This document shows positions 22,473 to 33,089 of a stretch of 64,000 bases of DNA, piece after piece. Origin of the DNA: Squalus acanthias (lineage: Eukaryota); contig JASTWF010000035.1 in the NCBI GenBank assembly GCA_030390025.1, forward strand, positions 186,001 to 250,000. Direction: 5' to 3'. Position 1 is the stretch's first letter. Each line of letters starts with the position of its first letter. Position numbers and translations under genes: made by a program. The notes below the pieces were generated by a model. That model was not told the origin of the DNA, did no database searches, and saw only the letters and a program-made list of their open reading frames with translations.

Positions 22473-24384
22473 CTGGACTTAGGTGCGAGAGCAGTAATGC
22501 AGAGAAAAACTCAAATAGACCCGGTTGAATAGTACGAACTGGAAATCTTTATTGCATAGCGTCCAAAATCATGAAGTACATGTCATAGGCGCAAATTAAC
22601 GAGAGTACAAGTATACATACATTCATAAAGCTTGGTCTATGGTAATGAAGAACGCACGGCACATCGTAAAAAGGGGAACACATTATACTTTATCCTTAAT
22701 AAAACCACCCTCCCTTATCAATACCTACACTACATCTAGATTTGTAGGATCGGGAAACATGCTCACCACTCGTGTTACTTCGGAGAATTTTTAAGTGAGG
22801 CACTCGGCTCGTTTCGCTGCAGCGCCTGACTGTCACGTGTTTGGAGGGGTCTCTGTACCCCACTTGTTTATCTTCGCTGCTGCGGCAAGCAGGCTGGGCT
22901 CCCCGTTGTCATGAAGAACTCGACAGCACTCGGGCCCGGCTGTAGAATTCAAAAAAAAGTCTTCCTGTACCGACACCGGTTGTCGGTAGGATTCAAAGAA
23001 AAGTCTTCAACTGTGCAGTAACCTGTAGAGTTCAAGAAATGGGTCGTATATTTTCGGGCGCGGTCGGGGTTTACTGACCGCGGCGGCACGTGGATTCTTC
23101 TTCTTCTCTTGTCATCTCGTCTTGTCTTGTTGGGCCTTCGGGTCCAAACACCATTTACCGACTCTCGGGATGGTGCACCCGATCACTGGCCTTCGTCGAG
23201 GCGGCTCGTTCCAATTGAGCTCCACCCAACATTCGAATAACCGTCCAGTGCGGCTAAAGTCCAGAGTCAACAGAGTCCAGAGAAAACACAGAAGTTCAGC
23301 CCGAGTCAAGAGACCGCAGAGATAAGAGTCGAATCAAGAGACCGATGGACATTTGCTCACTATAGTTATAGTGCTGTGTTCCCTTATCTCCCGCCCAAAT
23401 CTTAATGCTTGTCCTTTGTGAAATATTGGCGCTCAAAACTCCCAGCATGGGGCGATTCTTGTCTTTAACGGGTTTCGGTAGTACCTGAAACTGGCCAACT
23501 TCCCGTTAATGTTTTCCCCATTGTTGGCCCAGCCAGGATCGTATGAACCGTCTCCCTGACTGGTTTTGGGGGCCCCCGAATACTTGTTTAATCACCCGAG
23601 AATGGCTCTCTCATTGTAGAGCCGTGGAGGTATTTGTGTATTGATGTGTCTGGATGGGCCTTCGATTGCCCAGTACAATTGTCCTTACTTGTGCATGGAA
23701 AACGATTCCAGCACTCATATCTTTTGCTATTGTCACAAATGCAAACAGGTTGCATCCTGTCTTTATCAGTGCTTATCGAGTATGATCCCGCCTTATATTG
23801 AAAAATATTTATTCGAACGCCATCTTGTCTGCCCACTGAAATTCTGGAAGCTTCTGCCACGATGCGCGGCGGCCATTTTACAGGCTTCTGTGTCCTTTAT
23901 ATCAAGACAGCATTTCGTTTAAATAAACTGATCAAACGAATCTGCTTCTATCTTGTTATTTCGAATCGCGATAATTGCGAAACTTTACAGTCCCTCCTGT
24001 TGATGCGAATAACTCCGCTTATCGTATCAATTAAAAGTGGTGGTGAGCAAAATTATCCCGATTCTCCACATCCAAACACTCCCTTAACTTAAACTATCTA
24101 TGGTCTCCATGCCGTCCTCATTTCCCAGGGAAATTACATTGTTTAAACTTGGACAAACCGTAGGCAGCATTGCCTTTAAACTTACATTGCGAATACGCCT
24201 TCCAGGTGCAACAGGCCGATGCCTCTCGCACCACCTGTATGTGCATGTTTTTATTATACAAGGAAAAATAATCAAAACAACTCTTTTAAAATACAAAGGT
24301 TCTAAACTTAGTTACACATCTACATAACTAAACAATCAATTACAAAACACACATGGTAAAATGGAGCGGCGTCATCCTGGCCGT

Positions 24385-26736
24385 TTACACGGTACTTTTC
24401 TCATTCACGCGCACGTAACGTTCTCTCCACTCCCCTGTGTTCTCCTGCTTTGTGAGGCGTTTGCCTCTCTTGCAGTGTACGACCAATAGGTACACTACAA
24501 TTATAACTTGGCACACAACCGAAATGTGGCAGGCTATCCTGATCCATGACGGAACTTCAATATTGGTGAACAGGTCCCACCACGGTGGGATTACTATGTC
24601 CAAAATTTCTGTCCCTATTTCGACAGTCTTTTGTTCCAGGGTGTAAAAATGTTTTTGTGATACCGCGACGGCTTTCAAAAGCTTGGTGAGGTGTTCAGGG
24701 AGAGGGGGAATGATGTATCCGAAATGCGTGTCGAATCGCTGCAAGTCGGTGAAATTCTCTTTTACTGTAAGATGAACAGTGGATGGTTCAGGGATCGGGA
24801 CAATTCGCTGTTGTGCCACTTGAACTTCAGCCCTGGGTTTAAAACAGAAACTGCTGTCACTCACCGGACACCGGCTGTGCTGTCCATGCTGGTAGTGTTG
24901 CGCTGCAGTGGTAACGCAATATGTTCCACCCCCTATGTATGCCACCTGCGGAGGCACATGATCTTGTGTCATTGCCTCCATGGTGCAATTCATGGGCTTG
25001 GCGCCAGCCGTTCTGAACCCGCATTGTGGTGTTGAAAAGGCATTCAAGTGCTGGGGACACAGGATGATGTGTGCTCCCCGGCCACGACAACCCGAAAGGT
25101 CGGTACCTGTCATCGTTTGCTCCCAGCGGATGACGTAAGGTGGGACCGCTGCGTAGCGAATGTGGGCTCTCCCCTGAATGACACCAATGTTCTCCACCCG
25201 ATACACCGGGGCGGGCTTTGCTGTGTCGCCCAAGACCGGCATATGTAGTACTATACCCATGATGGTATGGTTTGACCGTCCGCAGTCCACGGGGACTGGG
25301 TATGCCTCTGAGGCTAGCCTGAGCTGGCACGGGCTTAATGCGTTCTGAAAAGGGTGGAGCGCCTGCAGGTGTTTGTTACTTATCCAGGACGGGACCAAAC
25401 CTTGTTTTAAATCCTCCAAATTACTGCGGCCCTCGCCCAGTAACCACGCCCCGTATAGTACGCACACCTCGTTCTGCGCAGCTTGATCGGATGCGTTCCG
25501 ATCTTCCCTGATCAGGGCATTTACCGTTCTCGCATGCTTCTCCAGCTCTGCTATAATCTCCTTTAAGTGTAGTGTCATGGCCTGGTCCTCATGTAACTCA
25601 GACCCTACTGCCTTGTTTTCGCTTGTGATGATGCTTTTTAATTGTGTTTTTAAACCATTGATCTGGGTCTGCAGCTCCACGTTGTCTAGAGCGTTGACCA
25701 CAGATGTTCCTGTATTAAAGGCAGTGAACATGTCGTTCACAATACCCCTTCTTTGTCTCCCCACCTGACCCAAAACTTCGTGTGGTGTGGTGTACAAGCT
25801 TGTTTTGTCAATCTCCGCAAAATCAAACTCGTAGAATTGTCTGAACATGTTTGTCAACAGGACCTGGTACAATTGTTCCGTTTCTTTGGGACACCACTCT
25901 GGTAAACGCACCTCGGTGAGATTTAGAATCACCGAAGCCACCGTGTAATGTACCCCTTGAAATAGTATCTGGTCTGTTGGGACCAGTACCAAACCATTCC
26001 CGGGCCCCTTAGTGGTTTTAGGGCACCCTTCCTCCTGAGCCAAAACCACCGGAATCGTGGGCGGAGCCTTGCGTGGGCGCGTGATGAGTTCAGTGGCGTT
26101 TACCGGGATCGGGGAGAATGGAGCTCCGCACCCCTTTGTGCTGACATCCCACCTCATCCCTTTCCCGTTATCCTGCCACTGGTGTACGAAAAATATGGAT
26201 ATACCCTTGGGGCAAACGTACTTCGATCCCCACATACAAACATATATTCCCTCATCCAGTTCCCACCATTTGTCCCAACAGACTTTCAATTGTCCGTTAG
26301 TCCACGTAATTGTCCGATGGGTATTGTTACCCAATCGCTCCCACTCGACCGAGGAATTTCTCATAGTCTTGATTAACTTCCGTAACCACCACCATCGGCT
26401 CAACGGGACCTTCCCATTGCATGTCAAACAAATCCTTTTGCCGACGGTGACGCTGATTCTGGGTGCAATGATCCTCACTCTGGGGCACAGTAAAGAAGTC
26501 TCTTTGTAGGCAAATCCGGATGCGCTGGAGTATTCCGTTGAATTCGTTCCCAGCCATCCCGGCCACCTTCCCTTGTGGAAATAAGTGGCGGTTTCCTCAG
26601 CCTTTCGCTCCCCGGTCCCATCCGTCATGATGGGGCCCGTGTCCCCGGAGCAACCAAACACAACGACATCCTTGGTGAGGCCCCGATAGGCCAATCCATA
26701 TCCGATCGTTGCGAGCACTATCAGAATCCGTTCCAT
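24385..26736 (-). CDS. env: Intact envelope/fusion glycoprotein, 783 aa
   Basis: Signal peptide MERILIVLATIGYGLA; Ig-like C106...W...DEGIYVC167; furin site RQRR (aa 327-330) followed by GIVNDMFTAFNTGTSVVNAL; heptad repeat; Cys-rich region; TM helix IACHISVVCQVIIVVYLLVVHC; short basic tail; several NxS/T sites. Confidence 0.88.
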   Translation of the reverse strand: MERILIVLATIGYGLAYRGLTKDVVVFGCSGDTGPIMTDGTGERKAEETATYFHKGRWPGWLGTNSTEYSSASGFAYKETSLLCPRVRIIAPRISVTVGKRICLTCNGKVPLSRWWWLRKLIKTMRNSSVEWERLGNNTHRTITWTNGQLKVCWDKWWELDEGIYVCMWGSKYVCPKGISIFFVHQWQDNGKGMRWDVSTKGCGAPFSPIPVNATELITRPRKAPPTIPVVLAQEEGCPKTTKGPGNGLVLVPTDQILFQGVHYTVASVILNLTEVRLPEWCPKETEQLYQVLLTNMFRQFYEFDFAEIDKTSLYTTPHEVLGQVGRQRRGIVNDMFTAFNTGTSVVNALDNVELQTQINGLKTQLKSIITSENKAVGSELHEDQAMTLHLKEIIAELEKHARTVNALIREDRNASDQAAQNEVCVLYGAWLLGEGRSNLEDLKQGLVPSWISNKHLQALHPFQNALSPCQLRLASEAYPVPVDCGRSNHTIMGIVLHMPVLGDTAKPAPVYRVENIGVIQGRAHIRYAAVPPYVIRWEQTMTGTDLSGCRGRGAHIILCPQHLNAFSTPQCGFRTAGAKPMNCTMEAMTQDHVPPQVAYIGGGTYCVTTAAQHYQHGQHSRCPVSDSSFCFKPRAEVQVAQQRIVPIPEPSTVHLTVKENFTDLQRFDTHFGYIIPPLPEHLTKLLKAVAVSQKHFYTLEQKTVEIGTEILDIVIPPWWDLFTNIEVPSWIRIACHISVVCQVIIVVYLLVVHCKRGKRLTKQENTGEWRERYVRVNEKSTV

Positions 26737-26748
26737 CTTTCCTGGTTC

Positions 26749-26765
26749 CTGTGATCAGATAAAAT
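26749..26765 (-). promoter_or_regulatory. Putative env splice acceptor
   Basis: Minus-strand TTTTATCTGATCACAG|GAACCAGGAAAGATG, 12 nt upstream of the env ATG. Confidence 0.55.
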
Positions 26766-27004
26766 GATGTAGCCAGCCTCCCAAGAGTCTCTGGCTTTTG
26801 TGAAGGGTGAGCGGGTCCCTTGACCTCGTCTCACATATAACGACATGTATGCTGGATAGACTTTAACTATTCCTATCTCTAACTCCCATCATTTATCTTT
26901 TACTTTTAAAATTAAACTACAAACTTACCAAACTTACAAAACTTAAACTTAAACTTATCCTAAACTTAAACTGTACAGCGCCGCCCGTTCCCAGGGCGGC
27001 CTAC

Positions 27005-30000
27005 CTAAATTCTGCGAAGGCTGCCCCGAGCTTTTCCCAGTGGTGGGAGGGCACTGACCCCTTCCTTTGATCTGCCGCAGCCTGTCGCCGCTGCGCTGGG
27101 ACTGGGATCTCCCTGGGCTGCCTTGACCTTGAACTTACGCCTGGGGGTGCACGGGGGATTCGGCCACGACTTCCTGGGCTGGGGTGTCCGACCTGACCTA
27201 CGGAGGGCTACTTTGGGCAAGATTTCCAGGGCCGACGGACCAGGAACCAAGACTTCCACCGTCGCGGCCTGTGGTTCCACCACAGCCGCTGGCTCCGTCT
27301 CCCCTGGCTCCGCCCCCCTGAACTCGGGATTTGCAGTTTCTGGCTCCACCCTACTTGGCCCAGTATGTGGTCCTCCACTCGCAATCCCTACCTTCCCCAA
27401 GGGCAAGACTTCCAGGGCCGACGGACCGGGTACCGAGACTTCCACCGTCATGGCCGGTGGTCCTACCACAGCCGCTGGCTCCGTCTCCCCTAGCTCCGCC
27501 TCCCTGGGCTCGGGATCTGCAGTTTCCGATTCCACCCTGTGTGGATCTCCACTCGCAGCCCCTATCTCCACTGAGCTTGAGTCGAGGACGAAACTTTCGT
27601 CCTCCGACCCCAGCACCTCTCCGATCGGGTCACTACCTTGGTCAAGCTCCTCGAGCTCTTCCTCATCTGAATCCCAACACCAAGAAAAGATCCTACACTT
27701 TTCTAGAATGTCCTCTCCCCTCAAGCAGGCTGCTTTACCGGTCTGTGTGCCCTGTGGTCCTACCCGGGGCTGCGAGTCCCCACTCGCAGGTCTGGCCCCT
27801 GTGATTGGCCCCTGTGCTCCCGGCTTATACAACTTGCACTGGTTAATGTGGAACCATTTCGTGCGCCGAGGTACCTTTACGGCGTACACCATGGGACTCG
27901 CTTTATCTACAATACTGTAGGGTCCCATATACAGTGGTTCCAAACTCCCTACTCTGGCATAGTTCCTAACCATGACCTGATCTCCGACTTCCCACTCCTG
28001 CTTCTTACGGGGTTCCAGCAACAGGCGATTGCCCTGATGCTGTCTTCCCATGTTCCCAGCTGCCTGCTCGTAAACCTGCTTCAGGCGTTCCAAGAGGGTC
28101 TGGACAAACTTGTCCCGTTTCACCTCTTGGAGCTGTACCTCAGTGAGCACCGGGGCTAGGACATGGGTGGGGGTTCGCATGATCCTACCAGTCATCACCT
28201 CGTACGGGGAATACCCCGTACTCTTCGACTGGCTGGCCCGGATTCCCATGAGGACGAGAGGCAGAACCTCCGCCCATTTTTGGGGCGAGTTCATAGTCTC
28301 TTTCCTCAGCTTCTCCTTGAGGGTCCGGTTCATGCGTTCAACAATCCCGGATGACTGGGGATTGTGCGCTACGTGCCACTTCCCTTCAATGCCCAAAAGC
28401 ATGAGGGTGTTCTGCATCACCTGGCCGGTGAAATGACTCCCTTGGTCTGACTCCACGAAACGGGGGAGACCCCACCGCGAGAACACTTCCCGGACCAAGA
28501 TCTTGGCAGTACCCAGCGCCGTAGCTGTTCTACAGGGGAAGGCTTCTACCCATTTGGAAAACACATCCACCAAGACGAGGCAGTATTTGTAGCCTCCCTG
28601 GGTGGTGGGCAGGGGCCCTATGCAATCGATCTGTATCGACTGTCATGGTCCTTCCACCCTCCTGATGTGCCCCATGTGCACTTTCCTTTTCTGGGGGTCT
28701 GGGTTGTTTGCAGCGCACACAAGACAGTTTGCACAGAACTCGCGGACCTGCTCCCTGAGTCTTGGCCACCATCCCGCCTGCTCTACCCGTTGCCAGGTAA
28801 CCTCAGGCCCGGGGTGTCCTGCCCCCGGCCCCTCATGAGCCAACTGGAGGAATTCCCTCCTGTGCTGCTGCGGCACAACCCACTGTTCTTTGCGGAACAG
28901 CATGCCTTCTTTAACGGAAAGGGTTGCCGTACTGTACGGGCCCTCTACCTGCTTACCCTCAGTAATCGTTCTGAGAACTGCTTTTAGGGCGGGATCCTGG
29001 TTCTGGACGGTCTTAAGGTCTAGGGGCAGTGCTACCCTGGTGTTCCCGGGATTCCCTTCCCTGCCTTGGATCGCTGCCACGGGTCCGGGTCCATAGGGGT
29101 CCCAGAAAATGCCGTTACGGGCACCCTCCCTGGCTAGCGCATCCGCCTGCTGGTTGCCCTCCCCGCGGGGCTCTGTGGAGGAGTGAGCCTTCACCTTATG
29201 GATGAAAATCTCCCCTTCCTCCCCTACTGCTGCTAGGATCTTTTCCAGCAAGGGCTTCACCGTTAAAGGTCGCCCGTCCGCGGAGGTGTATCCGCGGCGG
29301 GACCAAATGACCAGGTATTCCGTACACGAATTGCACGTAAACATACTGTCCGAACAAATCGTGTATGGGGTTGGGAAAGTTTCTGGGTGGGTAACGACGT
29401 ACGCCACCGCAGACAGCTCAGCCTGCTGCGCGCTCATGGTGCTGGGGAGTTTAATCGCCAGGGCAAGGTTTGCCGCAGGGTCATAAACTCCACACCCTGT
29501 GAGTCGTTCGCCAGCGGACATTGTGCTGGAACCATCAACATAAATCTCGCGACCTGTGGGATGTATCCCGGCCCGTAAACCTATGTTGACCTCCCACACC
29601 CCTTCCACCGAACACCGGTGGGCTGTTCCGGGGTATACCAAGTTGGCCGCAAGCCTGGGCTCGCAAAGACCTTTAACTCTAAGATCCATCTGGGAAAGGA
29701 GAAGGGTCCAGCGCGCAATTCGAGCGCTGCTTACGGTCCCATCCTTAATACTCCCATCTAGAAGCATCTTAGTTGGTGTGTGATGGGTGAGGAGAGTGAT
29801 GGGAGAGAGCCCTGTGAAGATCGCTGATCTTTTCATAGCCCAATGCGTGGCTAAAAGATGCCTTTCGCAATTGGAGAAACTCCTCTCCACATCCGTTAAC
29901 ACCCTGGACGAATAGACAACCGGCCTCAGCTTGCCGTGACGCTCTTGGAGCAGCACAGCGCTCAAGCTGTCTCCGCTGGCAGCTACCTCCAGGAAAAACT

Positions 30001-30128
30001 CCTTCCCCCCATCTATGGCCCCTAAAGCTGGCGCAGTCTGTAAATCCCTTTTTAACTTCTCGAATGCAGCCTGGCAACCCTCGTCCCAAAACCACTCCAC
30101 TCCCTTATGGAGGAGTCGGAGCAGCGGT
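27005..30128 (-). pseudogene. pol: Retroviral-type pol remnant (RT thumb, tether, RNase H, integrase with long C-terminal extension); one in-frame stop at 28643-28645
   Basis: W..CQAAFEKLK; degenerate RH (LEVAAS, ERHLLA, THH); RH with catalytic residues (IYVDGSS, AQQAEL, SDS, KVKAH, GNQQAD); HHCC zinc finger; IDCIGP, SDQG and VERMN; GPY. ORFs 28643-30151 and 27005-28573 share one frame (GP*QS, probably W). Confidence 0.9.
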
Positions 30129-31830
30129 GTCTCTCCTCTATAGATGTCCATCTCTCCTCCATAGCAGACAATCTATTTTGAAGAGTCACCATGTTTTCGT
30201 TAGTCTGACGATTTATGTCCTCCATGGCGGTTGCCACCCTCTCCATGGCGGAACGTTCATGCACCATTGCCTCCACAAAGGCAGTGCTCATGTTACAGAT
30301 GGACTCCTCCATTCTCAGTAACCCTGGAGACAAAACCTGTCAGAGACTCCTGCACTTGTTCCTGGAGTTCCAGCTCTCTTTCTGGATGGCCCCAGAGGCA
30401 CAGGGTCGACATGCAGCTGAGCAGAGCTGGGAGCACCCTACGGCCTCCGACGAGGACTCTCCACTGCTGTCCTGTCTCCACCACCTGCTGATGCTCACTT
30501 GTGTGTTGGGATACACCAGGTGACAACACTACTCTATCTCGCGAAGGACCCACTGAGGTGTGCGTCTCTGCGCTAGTGCTGGGTGCGCTCAATCCTGCTG
30601 ATGCTGCGCCCTCAGAGGTTGCAGCTTCCTCTGAGGAGTCTTCTGGCTCTTCCTCCTGGACAGTGGGGAGGGGAGCTCTCAATGGTCCTGTGGGGGAGTA
30701 AAGGCATGAGGTAGACATGTGATATTAACGTAGCAGGCACATCGACTTGTGCAGATGATCATAACTCAATCTGTATGAACATCAGATGCCATATCAGTCA
30801 CTGATGCAATGTAAATGAGAGGGCTGCAAATTTATTCTGTCACCAGCTTGCTCTACTGCGCCCGTCTGACCGTCCCCCACTTCCAGATCCTCAGCACCTC
30901 CTACGATGTCGAGAGCAGCTTCCTCAGCGGTGATCAGCTGGGCAATGGAAGGTGGCCCTCCTCCTGTCCTGGCCCTCTTCCTCTTATTGTGGGCTCTCTA
31001 TTCCTGCAATGAGGGACACAAGTGGAGTTTGAGTGAGAATGTTGGAGTGAGTGTAGAGAATCCATAGCATAGATGCTTAGAGGGAGACAAAGATGGAGTG
31101 AGGTGCCAATACCAAGGCCCATCCCTGTGCGTTGTTAGTTGTCATTGCATAACTGTGATAGCGAGTGTGAGGGGTGCATAGTAGAATGGTGAAGTGATTG
31201 TGTACATAGAGAGCGAGGGATGGTTAAGGGTGCAAGGGATGTAAGGGTAAAGTGGGATGTGCAGGAGTAGGTTGACAATGCAGAGTGCTGGTGATGAGAG
31301 GAGATGGGGAGCAGATTGAGGGTAAGTGTGATGTTATACTCACTGTTCCTGAGCGTACCAGGTCATTGAACCTTTTCCTGCACTGCACCCAGGTTCGAGC
31401 ACACAACGGTCTGGAGCTGACCTCCTCAGCAATTTGCAGCCAGGCTGCTTTGCTGTGGAGGCTTCCTCCGTCCAGAGGATGGGAATATTACCTCCTTGTG
31501 CCCTCTCACTCCCTCCACAAGAGCATGGAGGGAGTCATCATCAAATCAGGGAGAGGCTTGGCTCTTGTAGCAGTCATTTTCACAAGTGGTACAACGAGAA
31601 GCAGCAGGAAAGGATGGATGAGAAACAATGCTGCATGGGCCCCTTAAATACAGCTGGCTGACAGACGTCAGCAGAGGCGAGCAGCAGACCCGAACCCACT
31701 GATTGGGCCCAGTACCGCGCACGGAGACCTTAATCAGGCCACTTAAGGGAAAATCTTAATTCCTGGGCGGCTGAAAGCGGCAGCGGGACCGGAACCCGCC
31801 GAACATCAAAGCCGCCTCCAACCCGCCTCC
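30129..31830 (-). mobile_element. Degenerate PIF/Harbinger-type Myb/SANT-like gene with introns
   Basis: P*FDDDSLHALVEGV...KAAWLQIAEEVSSR...RTWVQCRKRFNDLVR followed by a GTGAGT donor at 31338-31343. A further exon-like piece reads ...RARTGGGPP... at about 30845-31005. No transposase seen. Confidence 0.7.
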
Positions 31831-31837
31831 ATTGATA

Positions 31838-32880
31838 AAATCGCAGCCAAAGAGTCTGCAAAGGGATATAGATAGGTTAAGTGAGTGGGCAAAAAATTGG
31901 CAGATGGAGTATAATGTGGGAAAATGTGAAGTTATCCACTTTGGTAGGAAAAATAAAAAAGCAAAATATTATTTAAATGGAGAGAAACTACAGAATGCTG
32001 CGGTACAGAGGGATCTGGGTGTCCTCGTACATGAAACACAAAAGGTTAACATGCAGGTACAGCAAGTAATTAGGAAGGCAAATGGAATGTTGGCCTTTAT
32101 TTCAAGGCGGATAGAGTATAAAAGTAGGGAAGTCCTGCTACAACTGTTTTGGGTGCTGGTGAGACCACACATGGAGTACTGCGTGCAGTTTTGGTCGTCT
32201 CATTTAAGGAGGGATATACTTGCATTGGAGGCAGTTCAGAGAAGGTTCACTAGATTGATTCCTGAGATGAAGGGTTTGTCTTATGAAGAAAGGTTGAGCA
32301 GGTTGGGCCTATACTCATTGGAGTTTAGAAGAATGAGAGGTGACCTTATTGTAACATATAAGATACTGAGGGGGCTTGACAAGTTCGATGCAGAGAGGAT
32401 GTTTCCCCTCGTGGGGAAATCTAGAACTAGGGGACATAGTTTCAGAATAAGGGGTCGCCCATTTAAGACGGAGATGAGGAGGAATTTCTTCTCTCAGAGG
32501 GTCGTGAATCTTTGGAATTCTCTACCCCAGAGAGCTGTGGAGGCGGAGTCATTGAATATATTCAAGGCGCAGATAGACAGATTTTTGAAAAACAGGGGAA
32601 TCAAGGGTTATGGGGAGCGGGCGGGAAAGTGGAGTTGAGGCCAAGATCAGATCAGCCATGATCTTATTGAATGGCGGGGCAGGCTCGAGGGGCCGAATAG
32701 TATAGATGCATTTAAGGGGAGGCTAGATAAACATATGAGGGAGAAGGGAATAGAGGGTTATGCTGATAGATTTAGATGAGGAAAGACGGGAGGAGGCTCG
32801 AGTGGAGCATAAACGCCGGCATGGACTGGTTGGGCCAAATGGCCTGTTTCTGTGCCGTATATCCGATGTAATCCTGCGTA
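31838..32880 (+). mobile_element. CR1 RT C-terminus and 3' UTR, followed by a second 3' fragment
   Basis: ORF 31832-32638, LQRDIDRLSEWA...WNSLPQRAVEA. Confidence 0.9.
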
Positions 32881-32979
32881 ACTATTTATGTGTTTATAAC
32901 ATTTTTTGAAATCAGGAGTTGTGTTTGGAAATCAGCCTCCTGCTGGAATCGTGACTAAAGTGTCTTCTGGGCTCGGCAG

Positions 32980-33089
32980 GTGTGACGGTGAATGCTGTTC
33001 ACCCGGGACTGGTGATGACGGAGATAATGAGGAATCAAAGATTGTACTTGCGAGTCATCTTGAATCTGATCGGAACCTTTTTCTTCAAG
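32980..33089 (+). CDS. RDH-like SDR coding exon 5
   Basis: ggcag|GT...TTC AAG|gtcagt. Encodes (G)VTVNAVHPGLVMTEIMRN...FFFK, with the HPGxVxT motif. Confidence 0.92.

Larger units (their letters stand above)
22434..30128 (-). mobile_element. 5'-truncated endogenous retrovirus-like element (lokiretrovirus-like): RT C-end, tether, RNase H, integrase, env, putative 3' LTR
   Basis: Pol-env order, dual RNase H and a splice acceptor before env. A purine-rich AAGGGAG precedes TG at about 24070-24085, followed by about 1.6 kb of non-coding DNA with CCAAT, TATA-like and AATAAA signals. Confidence 0.8.

Noticed and set aside
23588..24296. Short ORFs after env as viral accessory genes
   Set aside because: Only 70-93 aa, without motifs, and they overlap the putative LTR/PPT; indistinguishable from chance.
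26419..26430. CLTC as a gammaretroviral SU CXXC isomerase motif
   Set aside because: No partner CX6CC motif in the TM subunit; the second Cys fits the Ig B-strand better.
27123..27920. 265-aa antisense ORF as an HBZ-like accessory gene
   Set aside because: Non-ATG start, low complexity, and it mirrors the pol codon frame; no independent support.
28643..28645. Programmed stop readthrough in pol
   Set aside because: The stop falls inside integrase at a probable Trp (TGG>TGA), not at a gag-pol boundary; a point mutation is simpler.
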